Below, piece after piece: positions 1-12,750 of a DNA stretch of 64,000 nucleotides; the first letter of the stretch is position 1, and every line of letters starts with the position of its first letter. The stretch covers positions 105,772,001 to 105,836,000 of the forward strand of contig NC_043006.1 of assembly GCF_006345805.1 (NCBI RefSeq). Reading direction: 5' to 3'. The translations under genes and the position numbers were made by a program. The notes under the pieces were generated by a model. The model was not told the origin of the DNA. It worked only from the letters and a program-made list of their open reading frames with translations, and did not search any database. This DNA comes from Octopus sinensis (taxonomy: Eukaryota).

Positions 1-2368
1 ACAGTTTACTAAAAGGCTAAAGAATATATTTCCAGAAAATGTAAGGGATTTCGACATCAAATCCTTACAGCTCTTTTTGGAGGACAGAAAAGAAAGCTCT
101 AGATAAGAAATACAACTTAATCCACTTCATATTTACTGCAAAATAGCAAGATTTTAAAAGTGCATCCTTAAATGGATGTAGGGTCTTACAAAAACTCAAA
201 TCAATATATATTCGGATGCGGTGACCAGCTGTGAGAATGGCTACGGGCATTTCGCCTGACTACAAAGTAAGAGTTCACTTCTTTCGCTTGGTCAGAGTCG
301 TGTGGAGTGACTGTATTGTTTGAGGAAAGGCCATATCTCGAGCTAAAGACGAACTATAAGGATGCAGACTATAGATCGGTCCCTCGAGAGGAATAACAAA
401 CAAAGGGACGCCCTAATGTTTTTGACACTGAATATGCCCCTATGAGAGTAAAACCGCTAAATTTATTTAGGTGCATTGAAACCTTTGGCGATGCATCTCA
501 CTCATTAGAGCTTTGTGAGTAACAGGGGTTGTATTTTAAATACATGCAATAGTAGTGTTGTGGCCTGTAAAATCTGCTCAGACGTTTCCAACTGGCTGAA
601 AGAAATTGACTGAATTTTCCTGCTGGACCTGTATTGTCTCGGGGAAATAATAGCTGGTCGTCCAGATGATAATTAAATAAAATCCTTTTAAGGACAGCGA
701 AAAGCAACGGCTTAAGCTGTTAATATTTTAGCCTTTTTGGCTTTAGATCTCACTCCTTTGGCTTACGTACAGTAAACTCTAATAGGACACACAGACAGAG
801 GAGTAATTACCGTTTACGGCATCGGCGAATGCTTTTAATATTCACACTTCACAAAGAGCCATTTATGCTACTCATAAATGTTGATTTAAAATCGTACGTG
901 AAAACCTTGCATGTAAGTGAACAAAAACATCACGTGTTCTGCGCATGGTAACGAATGGATAAATGCTTGACGAATTTTGTAGCATCTTTTCGGCAACCAG
1001 TCTACTCTTGATGTAGTGTTGACTCACCATGTTTCTATATTCTGGTGAATATTAGTATTCATAAACTGTCCTGTTCCTTTCGACACTGCAGTTATTTGGA
1101 CAATTGTTGCTTAGCGAAGCTTCGCTCCCTCACATTGCAAATGTAAAACAGAAAAAAGAATTCAAGAACCTTCTGTTTCTAATCAAATCAATATATGCTC
1201 TCTACTTTATGTATTGAGTACTTTGCTCCCCGTCTATCACCACAAACGTTCACCAACCCATATTATAAATGTGTGTGTGTGCGATTGTGTGTGTGTGTGA
1301 TTGTGTGTTTGTATGTGTGTGTTAAATATCTCTGCTTTTGTTCAATTTGTTGGTGTTTTGATTCTAAATAATTTCTAAATATAATTTACTTGTCTTTCCG
1401 TCTTTATCGGTAATTATTTTTCTATGTTATTTATATATCTGTAAATGTTTGTTGCTGTTTTATTATATATTCCTCTTCCTTTTTTTTTTTTTTTTTTTAC
1501 TTCTTTATTTTTGACGTTAAGAAAGACTTCTGTTTTGATTGGTTGAAAATTGAATTACGTGGCAGGCAAGCATTGCCGTGATATTGCAATAATGGATGCT
1601 CTGTTGGCATATGAATTGATTTCATTAGTAAAGAGCAGTCGTCCGTTGTATTTAATTAGGGTATTGGTTTCGAAAGATGGAGAGCTATTTACGTGTTGAA
1701 ATAAGGAGTCTTTTATTGTTGATGAAGTATGTTATTATTTTTGTTGTTGCTGTTGTATTTATTGTTGATGTTGATGAAGGTGATAATGATGATGAATATT
1801 TTGTTTATGCAATTGTTCGTGTTGTTGCTATTGCTGTTGTTGTTGTTGTTGTTGTTTCTATGCTTTCTACAGGTAACAAAGGTGTTACAAGGTGTAACTT
1901 TCCATGCGTTCGTCCGTCAATCATAATGGAGGAAAAGCATGAACATCCATTGTATCCACATACATACATACATGCGCACATGCACACACGTACGCACAAA
2001 CACACACATATATATAAATATATACATACATATATATGTATGTATGTTTGTATGTATGTATATTACGTTCATGTGTGTATAATTGCGTGTATAGAGAAGG
2101 TAATCATAGGTGTATGGCTGTGCACACACATGCACGCACTCAAGCTCATATGTATATGTATTACATTCATATAGGTATGTGTGTATATGTATGCATATAT
2201 GTATTTTTATGTGTTTAATATAGGTTTATACACATATATATATACATATAAATATACATATATGCATGTATATACATACATATACACATACAAAAGCATG
2301 TGTACGTGTGGTGTGCGTGAGTGTATGTATATGTGTGTGTATGTTTGTCAGTATCTGTGTGTATGTCA

Positions 2369-2399
<31 letters not shown>

Positions 2400-3375
2400 C
2401 GCGCGTGTGTCGCAGAGCGTTAAGAAGGAAGAAAATGAGGAGCGGATATTGAAGGAGAGTGGAGTATAATGGCAGGAATTTGGTAAGAGAATGTGCTGAG
2501 TTCTTGTAGAAGAGCTCATGAAAAAGAAAAGTAGGAGAAAATGCAATTTATAGAATTAGCAGAATCCCCTGATATTTCATGAAGAACATTTAACTTCTAT
2601 TCTTCCGACACTCCGTCATTCCGTTAACATCCCTCCCCCCACTATTTTTATTTCTCATTCCTCGTCTTCATTCTCTCCTTCTTCTTTTTCTCACTCTATC
2701 TCTCCTCCCTCTCTCATTAACTGTACATCTCTTTCTCTATCCCCCCCTTGTTTTTCTTCCTCTATTTCTTCTGTTGCTCTTATCTCTGTTTTCTTTTTCT
2801 ATTTCTTCAAGATTTTTTTAAACTCATTCCCTTTCATTCTTGTTGTTGTTGTTCCTTCTTAGTTTCTAGAATGCTCATTGTTCGACAATGGCTTAAACCA
2901 TAGAATGAGCTGAGGACTAATGAATGCCATTGGCTCATTTTAAAGGAACATTTCTGTCAGTTTATGAAAAGAATTCCAAAGTAAAATACGAATAATAGAA
3001 GGAATATTGATTTCTTCGATAGAAGGAAGAGGGAATTGAGATTGAGTAACGTTCGCGCATTTAGTATTTATTTCCCCTTAACAGAGCATTAAGTGCGTAA
3101 ACTTATTGTAAGGGTTATAAGCCTCCAACTAGCACCACACAGACACACACACTCTTATTTGCAACTCACAGCAAAAAAATTAAATTTGCGACAAACGTAA
3201 AGGACTCCCAATCTACCGCTGGTGACCTTGCATGGTGACCTCACATGTACGTCATTGCCAAAATTGCATCTGAAAGGCAACTCTTCTTCGGAGTCAGAAA
3301 ATATTTTAGCTGTGATCAATTGCCTACTGACGGTCTCTGCACGAAAAGCACAAACCAAATTATTTAAAGTATTCC

Positions 3376-3720
3376 CAGACGTGGTTGTGTGGTAAGAAAT
3401 TTTCTCTCCAGCCATATTGTTCCAGGTTCGGTCCCACCCCATGGCACATTGGGCAAGTGTCTTCTACCATTGTCCCGACTAAAGCTTTGTGAGCGAATTT
3501 GGTAGAAGCCTGTTTTTGTGGGGGTGGTCTTTTGCATGTGTTTGTTCCCCCACTGCCACTTGGTGACCGGCGTTGGTTTGTTTATGTTCCTGTAACTTAG
3601 CATCGCGACAAAAAAGGCCAATAGAGTAAGTACCAGGCTTTAAGTACTCCGTAACTTTGTAGCTCGACAAAAAGAGACCGATAGAGTAAGTACCTGGCTT
3701 TAAAATAAGTACAGGGTTTC
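3376..3720 (+). mobile_element. tRNA-derived CORE-like SINE (family 1), diverged copy
   Basis: Head GTGGTTGTGTGGTAAGAA..GGTTCGGTCCC (A/B-box-like), CORE-like TTGGGCAAGTGTCTTCTAC and tail GTAACTTAGC..CGATAGAGTAAGTACC are shared with many copies in the window. Confidence 0.8.
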
Positions 3721-3761
3721 AATTTTTTGTATTTATTACATATTTTTTATCCTATTTTTTT

Positions 3762-4152
3762 TTTACCTGTTTCGGTTATTTGAATACGGCTAAGCTGGAT
3801 CTCCGCCTTCAAGGGTTTAGTCGAACAAATCCGCCCTAGTACTTATTTTTAAGGCTGGGACTTATTCTAACGGTCTCTTTTTGGCAAACTGCTAGGATAC
3901 GAGGACGTAGACAAACCAACATCAGTTATCAAGTTGAGGTGGGGCACAAACATGAAGACGCAAATAGAAATGAACACAGACACACACATGAACACATGAA
4001 CACATATACATACGACCGGCTTGTTTCGGCTTCCGTCTACTAAATTCACTCTGAAGACTTTCGTTGGCCCATGGCAATAGTAGAAAACATATGCCCAAGG
4101 TGCCGCGTAGTGGTACTGAACCCACGAGCATTTTGTTGAGAAGCTAGCTTCT
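3762..4152 (-). mobile_element. SINE family 1, inverted relative to 3376-3720
   Basis: Reverse complement gives the same head (CAGGCATGGCTGTGTG..GGTTCAGTACC), CORE-like CCTTGGGCATATG and tail motifs. Confidence 0.8.
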
Positions 4153-4223
4153 TAAGCACACAGCCATGCCTGTACTTTTGAAGAGCGTCTTTTCTTATTA
4201 GTTTTTTTATCTTTCTTTTAGTG

Positions 4224-4558
4224 ACGACGCGTGGCTTAGTGGTTAGGCTAGTCGGCTGACAATTGCATGGTCATGAGTTCGATTCCTAGAGGCGCGTTGT
4301 GGTTCTTGAATAAGACACTGTATTTCACGCTGCACTTGTCCACCCAGCTGGCAAAAATGTGTTGTACTTGTATCTCAAATTCAAAAGGGCCAACCATAAC
4401 ATATTCCGTGTCACGCTGAATCACCCTGAGAACTACGTCAAGGGTCCGCGTGTCTATGGGAGTGACCAACCATTTATTTGAACGTTAATTTCACGCGCAG
4501 ACTAGTCTGTTGATCGGATCAAGTGGAACCCTTACCGTCGTGACCGACGGAGATCCAG
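4224..4558 (+). mobile_element. tRNA-derived SINE (family 2)
   Basis: A-box GTGGCTTAGTGGTTAGG, B-box GAGTTCGATTCC, CORE-like GTTCTTGAATAAGACACT; a homologous copy lies on the minus strand at 43217-43525. Confidence 0.8.
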
Positions 4559-4784
4559 TTTATCTTTCTTTTGAATCAATACAGTTTCTAAATCCGCAGA
4601 TGTTTTAAGATCTTCTCGATCTCAAACTATTCATGCCAAAGTGTAGATGAGGCGGTTTCCTCTTTAAAACTGTTAACAGTTTGCAATTTAGTTCAGAACT
4701 GAATTGGTGGTGAAGCTTGGAAGCTGGTGTGATTGATGAAATGGTGTACTTAAGAATATATTCAACCACTACCATGGTTGAATG

Positions 4785-4835
<51 letters not shown>

Positions 4836-5254
4836 GTCCAACATAAAATTTCTGGGCACTCCCATTTTTACATATTTCACCACGTGCAAATAAATTTATA
4901 GAACCGCTTCATTATGTGTGTGTGTGTGTGTGTGTGTGTGTTGTGTGTGTGTGTGTGTGTGTGTGTGTGGTGTGCGTGCGTGCGTGGTGCATACATGTAT
5001 ACATATATATCAAACAGATTGACTTCAAGTTTTGTGAACACATAGCACGCCTACATCTCGTCAGAAATGAGGAGAATAACAATTCTCATCAGCAATAACA
5101 ATCGCTGATGACATGGATGTAGTATGCTTCCTACGCGCAAAACATTTTATGGAGCTGAGACAAACTGTTTTTAAAAAATATACTTGATTCGTTGTGTGAC
5201 ATTTTTTTTTCGTTTGGTCACTCACTCGTATATATATATTATATATCGGTTTCG

Positions 5255-5459
5255 TATTGTGGTACAAGGCCAGCAGTTTCAGAGGAGGCGTAAGTCAATT
5301 AAATTGACAGCAGTGTTCAACTGGTACATATTTTATCGACTCTGAAATGATGAGAGACAAAGTCAACCTCGGCAGAGTTTGAACTCAGAACGTAAAGATC
5401 AAGAAAATGCTACCAAACATTTTTCCCGACGTTTTAACGATTCTATCAGCTCGCCACTT
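5255..5459 (-). mobile_element. tRNA-derived SINE (family 4, Nin/Deu-like central domain)
   Basis: Minus strand: tRNA-like head GGCGAGCTGATAGAATCGTTA..GAGTTCAAACTCTGCC, then GAGGTTGACTTTG..GTCGATAAAATATGTACCAG. Homologous to 48146-48495 and 60565-60953. The domain name comes from recall, not a search. Confidence 0.7.
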
Positions 5460-5485
5460 TACAATATATATGTATAACTTTCTCA

Positions 5486-5537
<52 letters not shown>

Positions 5538-5552
5538 CTTCTCTCTCTCTGC

Positions 5553-5583
<31 letters not shown>

Positions 5584-5699
5584 ATATATATACATACATA
5601 CACCCATGACAGAAGTAAATATATACACCATAAAACATCGTTTTATGTGTATTCTAACTCTTGAAGGTTTAGATTTCTTATTAATTGGCATTTCAGGTT

Positions 5700-5850
5700 G
5701 CAACCAGCAATGAAACACCGCAGCCATTCTGGAGCAATGGTTGATCAGAGGGAAACATAAACTCAAATAAATATGTGTCAGTATTACCTCCTCCAAGCAA
5801 TTGATGTAGGCCTCCGTGTTGAGTCTGAGGTTGTGTGAGAAGATGAATGT
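5700..5850 (-). pseudogene. maT/DD37D-type Tc1/mariner transposase remnant
   Basis: MPTFIFSHNLRLNTEAYINCLEEVILT matches the segment VMPSTHIFEQNLRLNSDDNIKLLE of the maT-like copy at 14.8 kb. Confidence 0.55.
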
Positions 5851-5886
5851 AGGCATATACATATGTGTGTGTGCGTGTGTGTGTGT

Positions 5887-6402
5887 ACCCACTCCCACAT
5901 ACCCCTACCTCTACCGCCATCCTCAGCCTAATCCCCACCCCACCCTTGCTTTCGCCACTCTCGCCTACCCTACATCCCAACACCACCACACCACACACCA
6001 CCATACCAAACAACACCACATCACACCACCACGCACACACTGGCACTGACCACTTCCCTGCACCCACACCATCATCCACACACCTACACATGCACACATG
6101 CACACGTCAATGTCACCAGCCCTCTTCAACACGCACATAAATGCTCTCTTATACACACGCACGCGCACCTTCATTTTGTGATCACCATTACTTTATTATC
6201 TCCCCTTCTTCCTAGCCCTTCTGTGTGACCTTTCTGTCCGGCATTCGCTATGGTGTATCGCTCGTCACTACACATTCTTTATTTTCTCTCCCTGTTCCTT
6301 TCTGTGGAAGAGCGTCGGCTCGAAACGTTAAATACTTTTTCACTTCCCGAGCGTTAAACTAATACATCTGTCTTCGTCTTTTGTTTTTTTCGTGAATTCT
6401 CC
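5887..6402 (+). mobile_element. Penelope-like element (Neptune-type) 3' UTR/terminal remnant
   Basis: Colinear with 36215-36735 (CCTCAGCC.AA.CC.CACCC, CCACTCTCGCCT, TTATACACGCACGCACCTTC, hammerhead motif, TACATCTG..TCTTCGTCTTTTG..TCTCC); ends directly before an AT/GT microsatellite. Confidence 0.8.
6297..6335 (+). ncRNA. Minimal type I hammerhead ribozyme motif, A6U variant (PLE terminal)
   Basis: UUU-CUGUGGA-A-GAGC(GUCG)GCUC-GAAA-CG-U-U-AAA; palindromic ACGU stem III; stem I shortened to 3 bp in this copy. Confidence 0.6.
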
Positions 6403-6432
6403 ATATTTATATATGTGTGTGTGTGTGTGTGT

Positions 6433-6618
6433 GGTTGGCGATTTTCTTTCTCTGTCTTCCCTTCCTTAGACCTTGCCTTTTCTATGTTTCTGACGAAGAG
6501 CTCCGCTCGAAACGTTTTATTCCTCCTTCTTTCTTTCCTTTCCTGAGCGTCCAATAACACTATATTTCTTCCACGTCCTCGCGTTGTTGTGTTTTGTCTT
6601 AATCATGTTTGGATTAAC
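6433..6618 (+). mobile_element. Second PLE-type terminal cassette with hammerhead motif, flanked by (GT)n and (TA)n
   Basis: Contains CTGACGAAGAGCTCCGCTCGAAACGTT and CCTGAGCGT like the PLE terminus but differs otherwise; ends GTTTGGATTAAC|(TA)n. Confidence 0.65.
6486..6520 (+). ncRNA. Minimal hammerhead motif with canonical core (stem I degenerate)
   Basis: GUUU-CUGACGA-A-GAGC(UCC)GCUC-GAAA-CG-U-U; the expected AAAC partner of stem I is absent (UUAU). Confidence 0.55.
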
Positions 6619-6979
6619 TATATATATATAAATATATATATATAGTTTGTTCATATTTTGGATTAACTATATATATATATACGCACACACATAAACGCAC
6701 AAAAGCGCGCGAATGCACATACACACACACTCATACACGTGATGCAAACATTCAGATTTGTATACACGTGAATATTATCTCAGCATTAGTATTTAATAGT
6801 ATTTTGCATTAAAAATTTATTAATATTTTAAAAGAAATATACACGGATCTATATAGAAATACGTTGTGGGTCCATATGATAATGATATATATACTATATA
6901 TATATATATATAATATATATATATATATTATATATATATATTCTGTAAATGTAATATCTTACGATTATTCGGTAGTCAT

Positions 6980-7040
6980 GATAAAGCTCCGAGTTTCGGA
7001 TGTCGGGGTAGAAATCCACGCCGCCATCTCTTCAGTTATC
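6980..7040 (-). ncRNA. Type I hammerhead motif with extended stem II (third family)
   Basis: Minus strand GAUAA-CUGAAGA-GAUG G CGG C GUGG(AUUU)CUAC C CCG A CAUC-C-GAAA-CUC G GAG-C-U-UUAUC: 5-bp stem I, 11-bp interrupted stem II, quasi-palindromic stem III. Position 16.1 is C rather than U. Confidence 0.7.
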
Positions 7041-7081
7041 CGGCCATTGGAAAAAATGCTATGTCTTACCATTTCTATCAC

Positions 7082-7122
<41 letters not shown>

Positions 7123-7513
7123 TGTGTGTGTGTGTTCATGCATACAGATATAAATATATATGTACGTGTGCGCACACATACATATATACATATATGTGTG
7201 TGTGCGTGTGTATGTGTGTGTGTGTGTATTCATGCATAGATATAAACATAGATATGTACGTGTGTGCACACACATATATATATGTGTGTGTATGCGTGCG
7301 TGTGTTTGTGTGTGCCTGTGTGTGTCTGTGTTTATGTGTATGTGTGTGTGTGTTACAGGAAGCAAATATCGAACGCAGTATACATTTGAAAATAGTCGAG
7401 AAAGATTGGGTATTTACTTTTGAAAGAAGGCGTAATGTTGCCAGAAGGCGGCTACTCAGAATCGAACCCCTCACCTCCCAGGGTTTGTTTATAACACACA
7501 CACACACACACAC

Positions 7514-7547
<34 letters not shown>

Positions 7548-7714
7548 GATATATATATATATATATACTAAGATCTTATTGCATCGGTGTGGTGCCACAT
7601 TGCTATGTATTAGTGTGACTGCAAACGGCTATATGGAAAATTTGTGTATATTTGTTGATCTTTGTGCAATATGTCTGTCTATATTATGATCGACATATAT
7701 ATATATATATATAT

Positions 7715-7752
<38 letters not shown>

Positions 7753-8104
7753 TGTGACTAAATTATGATACGATATATTTGTTTAATCAAAAATTTGTAT
7801 TCTATAAATATTTTTATGACTTTACATTTATTTTTTATTTATTTATATCCTTTTTGAATTCTGAATATATTGTTTCGTATTAGAAATTTTTTTACATATA
7901 ATTTGAAAGAACTTTTATGTCGTTGTTTCGTTTATGAAAATTTAATCTTATATTTCAATATTTCAATCTGCTATAGAAACAATTTTTATTATAGAAATTT
8001 GGGGAAGTCTATAGTTTTGACAAGTCTGACATTACACTCGCGCACACGAAAACCTATCCACGCATATACACATGCATATAAGTATACATATATGTATATG
8101 TGTA

Positions 8105-8155
<51 letters not shown>

Positions 8156-8203
8156 TATACATATGTATATATATATATATGTATTATATATGTTATATAT
8201 ATA

Positions 8204-8249
<46 letters not shown>

Positions 8250-8514
8250 ATATAACTATTTATAGATAGATAGATGATAGATAGATAGATAGATAGATAG
8301 ATAGAGAGATAAGATAAGATAGATAGATGCAAAACCAGTAATAAGCTTCATATACTGACATAATTCTCATTTAAAATTTTAAAGTAATAGACATTTACGT
8401 ATGTTTTATATATTCAACTACGCTGATTCTTTCAATTTTTAAATTGAATTCATCATTTTGTTATCCATAAAGTTCTTTGCCTTATTGATATTATTATATT
8501 ACCATCAACATCGC

Positions 8515-8626
<112 letters not shown>

Positions 8627-9371
8627 TCTGTTTGTTTTCGTTTGTTTCGCTCTTTTTCGTTTCTTTTTTTTAACTTTTTCTGAAAAGACATTTTGCGCTG
8701 CTAAAGGAATACTAAAGTTTTCAAGCAGCAGAGTTTAATAAAATTTGATTTTATTTACCGTCTAAATGATATTAAATGATATTACATTCTGAAGTACACG
8801 TAGAAAAAAAAATTGCGATTTAAAAAAAAAAAAATAGAACAAAAAAAATCTATGAAAAATACGAAAAAAAAGAAAAATCATAAGAAATTCCTTAACAAAA
8901 AATAATATAAATATATCAAAACAGACAACACACAATTTAGTTCCTTTCATTATATGGCATCATATTCTTGCCACTTAAGTTGATGTCACTTGTGTAAATG
9001 CCAAGGCAAACAACGTAAAGAAGAAATAAAGAGACAAAACCCATAAAGAAGTGAGACTTAAAGATATTGGACAATTTAAGCTCTCGACACATCGTATTGG
9101 CTATGAATGAATAGAATAATGGGTAAGTGAATACATAGATGAATCATTGAAGGCAAATGGATAACAGATTGATGGTAGAAGATAAATGAAAGTGTAATTC
9201 GAAAAATGGCGACTATAGTATTAATGTAATGATATAATCAATCGTTAATCAATTATGAACAACGCAATTTAATTTTTTCGAATATCACCAATGTCAATTA
9301 GCTCTCACACGGGCCTCTGTGTTTGTATATGCACACAGATAGACAGAGACTTGTGTGTGTGTGTATATATA

Positions 9372-9445
<74 letters not shown>

Positions 9446-9591
9446 GAAAAGCGAATCTCGAAGTCGTAAAGTTATAAATAACAGCGTGTAAATGTAAATA
9501 TTGAGTTAAAAACCCTTTGGATAGTAAGTTCGAAGATTGCCCTTGATGTCAACACAGTATACACTTTTAGATAGCTAGCTAGCTAGCTAAC

Positions 9592-9663
<72 letters not shown>

Positions 9664-9675
9664 GAGATAGGTAGG

Positions 9676-9737
<62 letters not shown>

Positions 9738-9738
<1 letters not shown>

Positions 9739-10850
9739 GTTTCTTTATTGGCCACACAGGGCTGCACACAGATGGGACAAGTTACAAGGTAGAGCTTTTC
9801 TTTTAGGGGAGAAAAAAAAAGAAAAAAAGTTAGCGTAGGTTTTCGATCAAAAGGGATCGTAAAAGGGAAAAAAGAACAAAGAAAAGAAAAGAAGAACAAA
9901 AAAAGGGAAAAGAAAAAAAAGAAAAGAAAAATGAAAAGAGAAGAAAAAAGAGGGAAAAAAACAAAAAAAACGATCAATAGGATCGTGTATCACAGTGTCA
10001 TGATGTATGTGTTAAAGGGGAAAGCAAGTAAGGTTTATCCGTGGAAGAAAAAGCCTACGAAAAAGACCACAGTAACCTTGGTCAATAATGTTATATGTTA
10101 CCACATTTGTTTGCAAGTGGGGGAACCCTCTGTTTTCAATTTCTGGGTTCATAGGATTATGCTCAAGGTGGCTTCGTCATTCATACGTTGCCATCTTACT
10201 ACATTCACCCAGTTTTTTTTAAAAACATTCGCTAGACAAAACTTGCCTCTCTACTCTCACTTTCCTTTTAAGTGGTTACTTGAAGAAGCTGATGAGAGAT
10301 TGACCAGAGAGGAAAGTGTTTGTCTCCAATCCTTTCAGACGCGTCCACCAGATACATTCTTTCGCCTAGCCACAAGGATGATGATGAAAATAGCTCTTCC
10401 TTCCCGTTTGAAGGAAGGAGGCGTGACAATATTGACGATAGACTCAGCTGATAAACCGACTCGTCCCACACATGACAGCAGTTGTTCGACATAAGCTCAC
10501 AGGTCGGAAATTGTTGGACACTGCACGAGTGCGTGCAGAACGGTTTCGTCGCTCTGACCGCATCTCGGGCAGGTCGGCCCCGTGTTTCTCGAGCCGTGTC
10601 TGTAGAGCTTATCCCGAACGGGTAGCGCTTCTCGGTAGCACTGCCAGGCCAGGGATCTCTGGAAGTTGTCCATGGGCCCTGGCCCGAAAGTCGTCCCGAA
10701 CAGGCGGGTCAGGTATTCCTCGTCGACGTCCAGGTTCGCCCCGAGCTCGTCTTCGTACCTCCCCTCCACTAATCCCCTATAGAATGCTTTGGTTGTGATG
10801 GAGTCACTCAAGGTTGACCCAGGACGGCAGAGTTGCTTGAGAGCAACGCG

Positions 10851-10851
<1 letters not shown>
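9738..10851 (-). mobile_element. Tx1/L1-clade non-LTR retrotransposon, 5'-truncated 3' end (copy A)
   Basis: ORF2 C-terminus AWQCYREALPVRDKL..TCPRCGQSDETVLHALVQC (CCHC zf-RVT-like); 3' end GCCAATAAAGAAACT; (GATA)n on both flanks (about 9592-9737 and 10851-10946). Confidence 0.9.
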
Positions 10852-10947
<96 letters not shown>

Positions 10948-11224
10948 CTGGATTGCAGCCATGTTTGGGCACCGCCTTGAGGAATTTCCTTCTAAGTCTG
11001 GTACTTATTCAATCGGTCTGTTTTGCTGGGCTGCTAGGTTACAGGGTCATAAGCAAAACCAGGTTGGTTGCCAAATGGTAGTTGCGAATAATCGCAAACA
11101 TGAAGACATATACAAACACATACACTCACAAAGACACACAGACACACAAACACACACACACTCACAAACACACATGCACACACACGCACACACTTATATA
11201 TATATATATATATATATATAACTT

Positions 11225-11645
11225 TTATCTTTCACTTGTTTCGGTCATTAGACTGCGGCCATACTGGGGCAGCGTCTTGAAGAATAATTTTGGTCAAACG
11301 AATTGAGCCCTTTACTTATTTTATCGGTCATTTTACCCGAATGCCTAATTTATCGGGACATAAACATACCAACACCGGTTGTCAAGCAGTGGTGGTGACA
11401 CACGCACAAGAACACACACACATACACACACATATGTATGTGTGTATATATTATATATGCATATATGTATATATGTATGTATATAATCGACGGGCTTCTT
11501 TCGGTTTCCGTCTACCAAATCCTCTCACATAGTTTTGCTCAGCTTGTGGCTATAGAAGAAGTGGCTTCTACTATAAACCTCAGGCCGACCATAGCAGTGA
11601 GATCAAACTCGGAACCATGTGGTTGGGAAGCAAGCTTTTTACCAT
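11225..11645 (-). mobile_element. SINE family 1, full-length with internal (TA)/(CA) microsatellite
   Basis: Minus head GGTAAAAAGCTTGCTTCCCAACCACATGGTTCCGAG, GGTAGACGGAAACCGAAAGAAGCCCGTCG, microsatellite, tail CCAGTATGGCCGCAGTCTAATGACCGAAACAAG. Confidence 0.85.
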
Positions 11646-11713
11646 ACACCCGTATTAATACATATTTTATATATATGTAATTATATATATATATATATAG
11701 ATTATATATATAT

Positions 11714-11815
11714 ATACGTCGTCTGATCAATAAGTATCCGGACTGTTGTTATAGTAACGAAGCTAAAGCACGCAGAGTAAAGCCGCTTAGCACAGATTGA
11801 TGTTGAACTATGCTG
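11714..11815 (+). mobile_element. Mariner-type terminal fragment (TIR end)
   Basis: TA-CGTCGTCTGATCAATAAGTATCCGGACT starts at a TA and resembles mariner TIRs; recognised from memory only. Confidence 0.5.
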
Positions 11816-12260
11816 TACATATGACTTCATATCGTTCACGTGTCCTGCTTCTGACAACTGAACACGGTCACATATGATACATGTCCAATGTTCACTGCTG
11901 AGTACATTTCGAATTTTTCCTTTGCGACAGGCCTTTTTAAGTTCAGAGTGCTGAATCCTCTTTTCCTCCCAGGCATTGCAACCAGTCCTGACAGCACCTC
12001 TCCACTTGTTCCGATCTAGAACATCCTTTTCCCAAACACTTTTGTTTATATCTAGTTTCTCCAGGTTTTCCTTCACACAGTCTTTATACCTTTTCCCCGG
12101 CTTATGTTGTGATCGCTAACCAGAGTTGAGCTCACCATAAAAAAAACGCTTTGGCAAACTTCGTCTTCCATTCTAATAACATGTCCAGTTCATCTCATTT
12201 GAGCCAAGATGACATGTTGTTCGATTGAGCTGCAAAAGCTCTGTATCTGGTATGAAACAT
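11816..12260 (-). pseudogene. RTE-clade LINE ORF C-terminal fragment
   Basis: GHVIRMED..LPKRFFYGELNSG..KRYKDCVKENLEKLDIN..WE..VLDRNKWRGAVRTG..CIICDR..SEAGHVN.MKS: typical RTE C-terminus with terminal CxxC zinc knuckle. Confidence 0.85.
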
Positions 12261-12495
12261 TCCCACTTAACTCCTAAAATAAATCTGAGGCACGTATTTG
12301 TGTTAATCCCCGCCACCATCACTTGGCAACCGATGTTGGTGTGTTTACGTCCCCATAAATTAGCGCTTCGACAAAAGAGTCCGATAGAATAGGTATTAGG
12401 CTTCCAAAGAATAAGTCCTAGAGTCAATTTCTGCGACTAAAGACGGTTCTTCACATGACCCCAGTCAAATGACTGAAGCCATTATAAGAATAAAA

Positions 12496-12750
<255 letters not shown>

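Noticed and set aside
1860-1900. Possible microexon after TGCTTTCTACAG
   Set aside because: Available donors (GTGTTA, GTGTAA) are weak.
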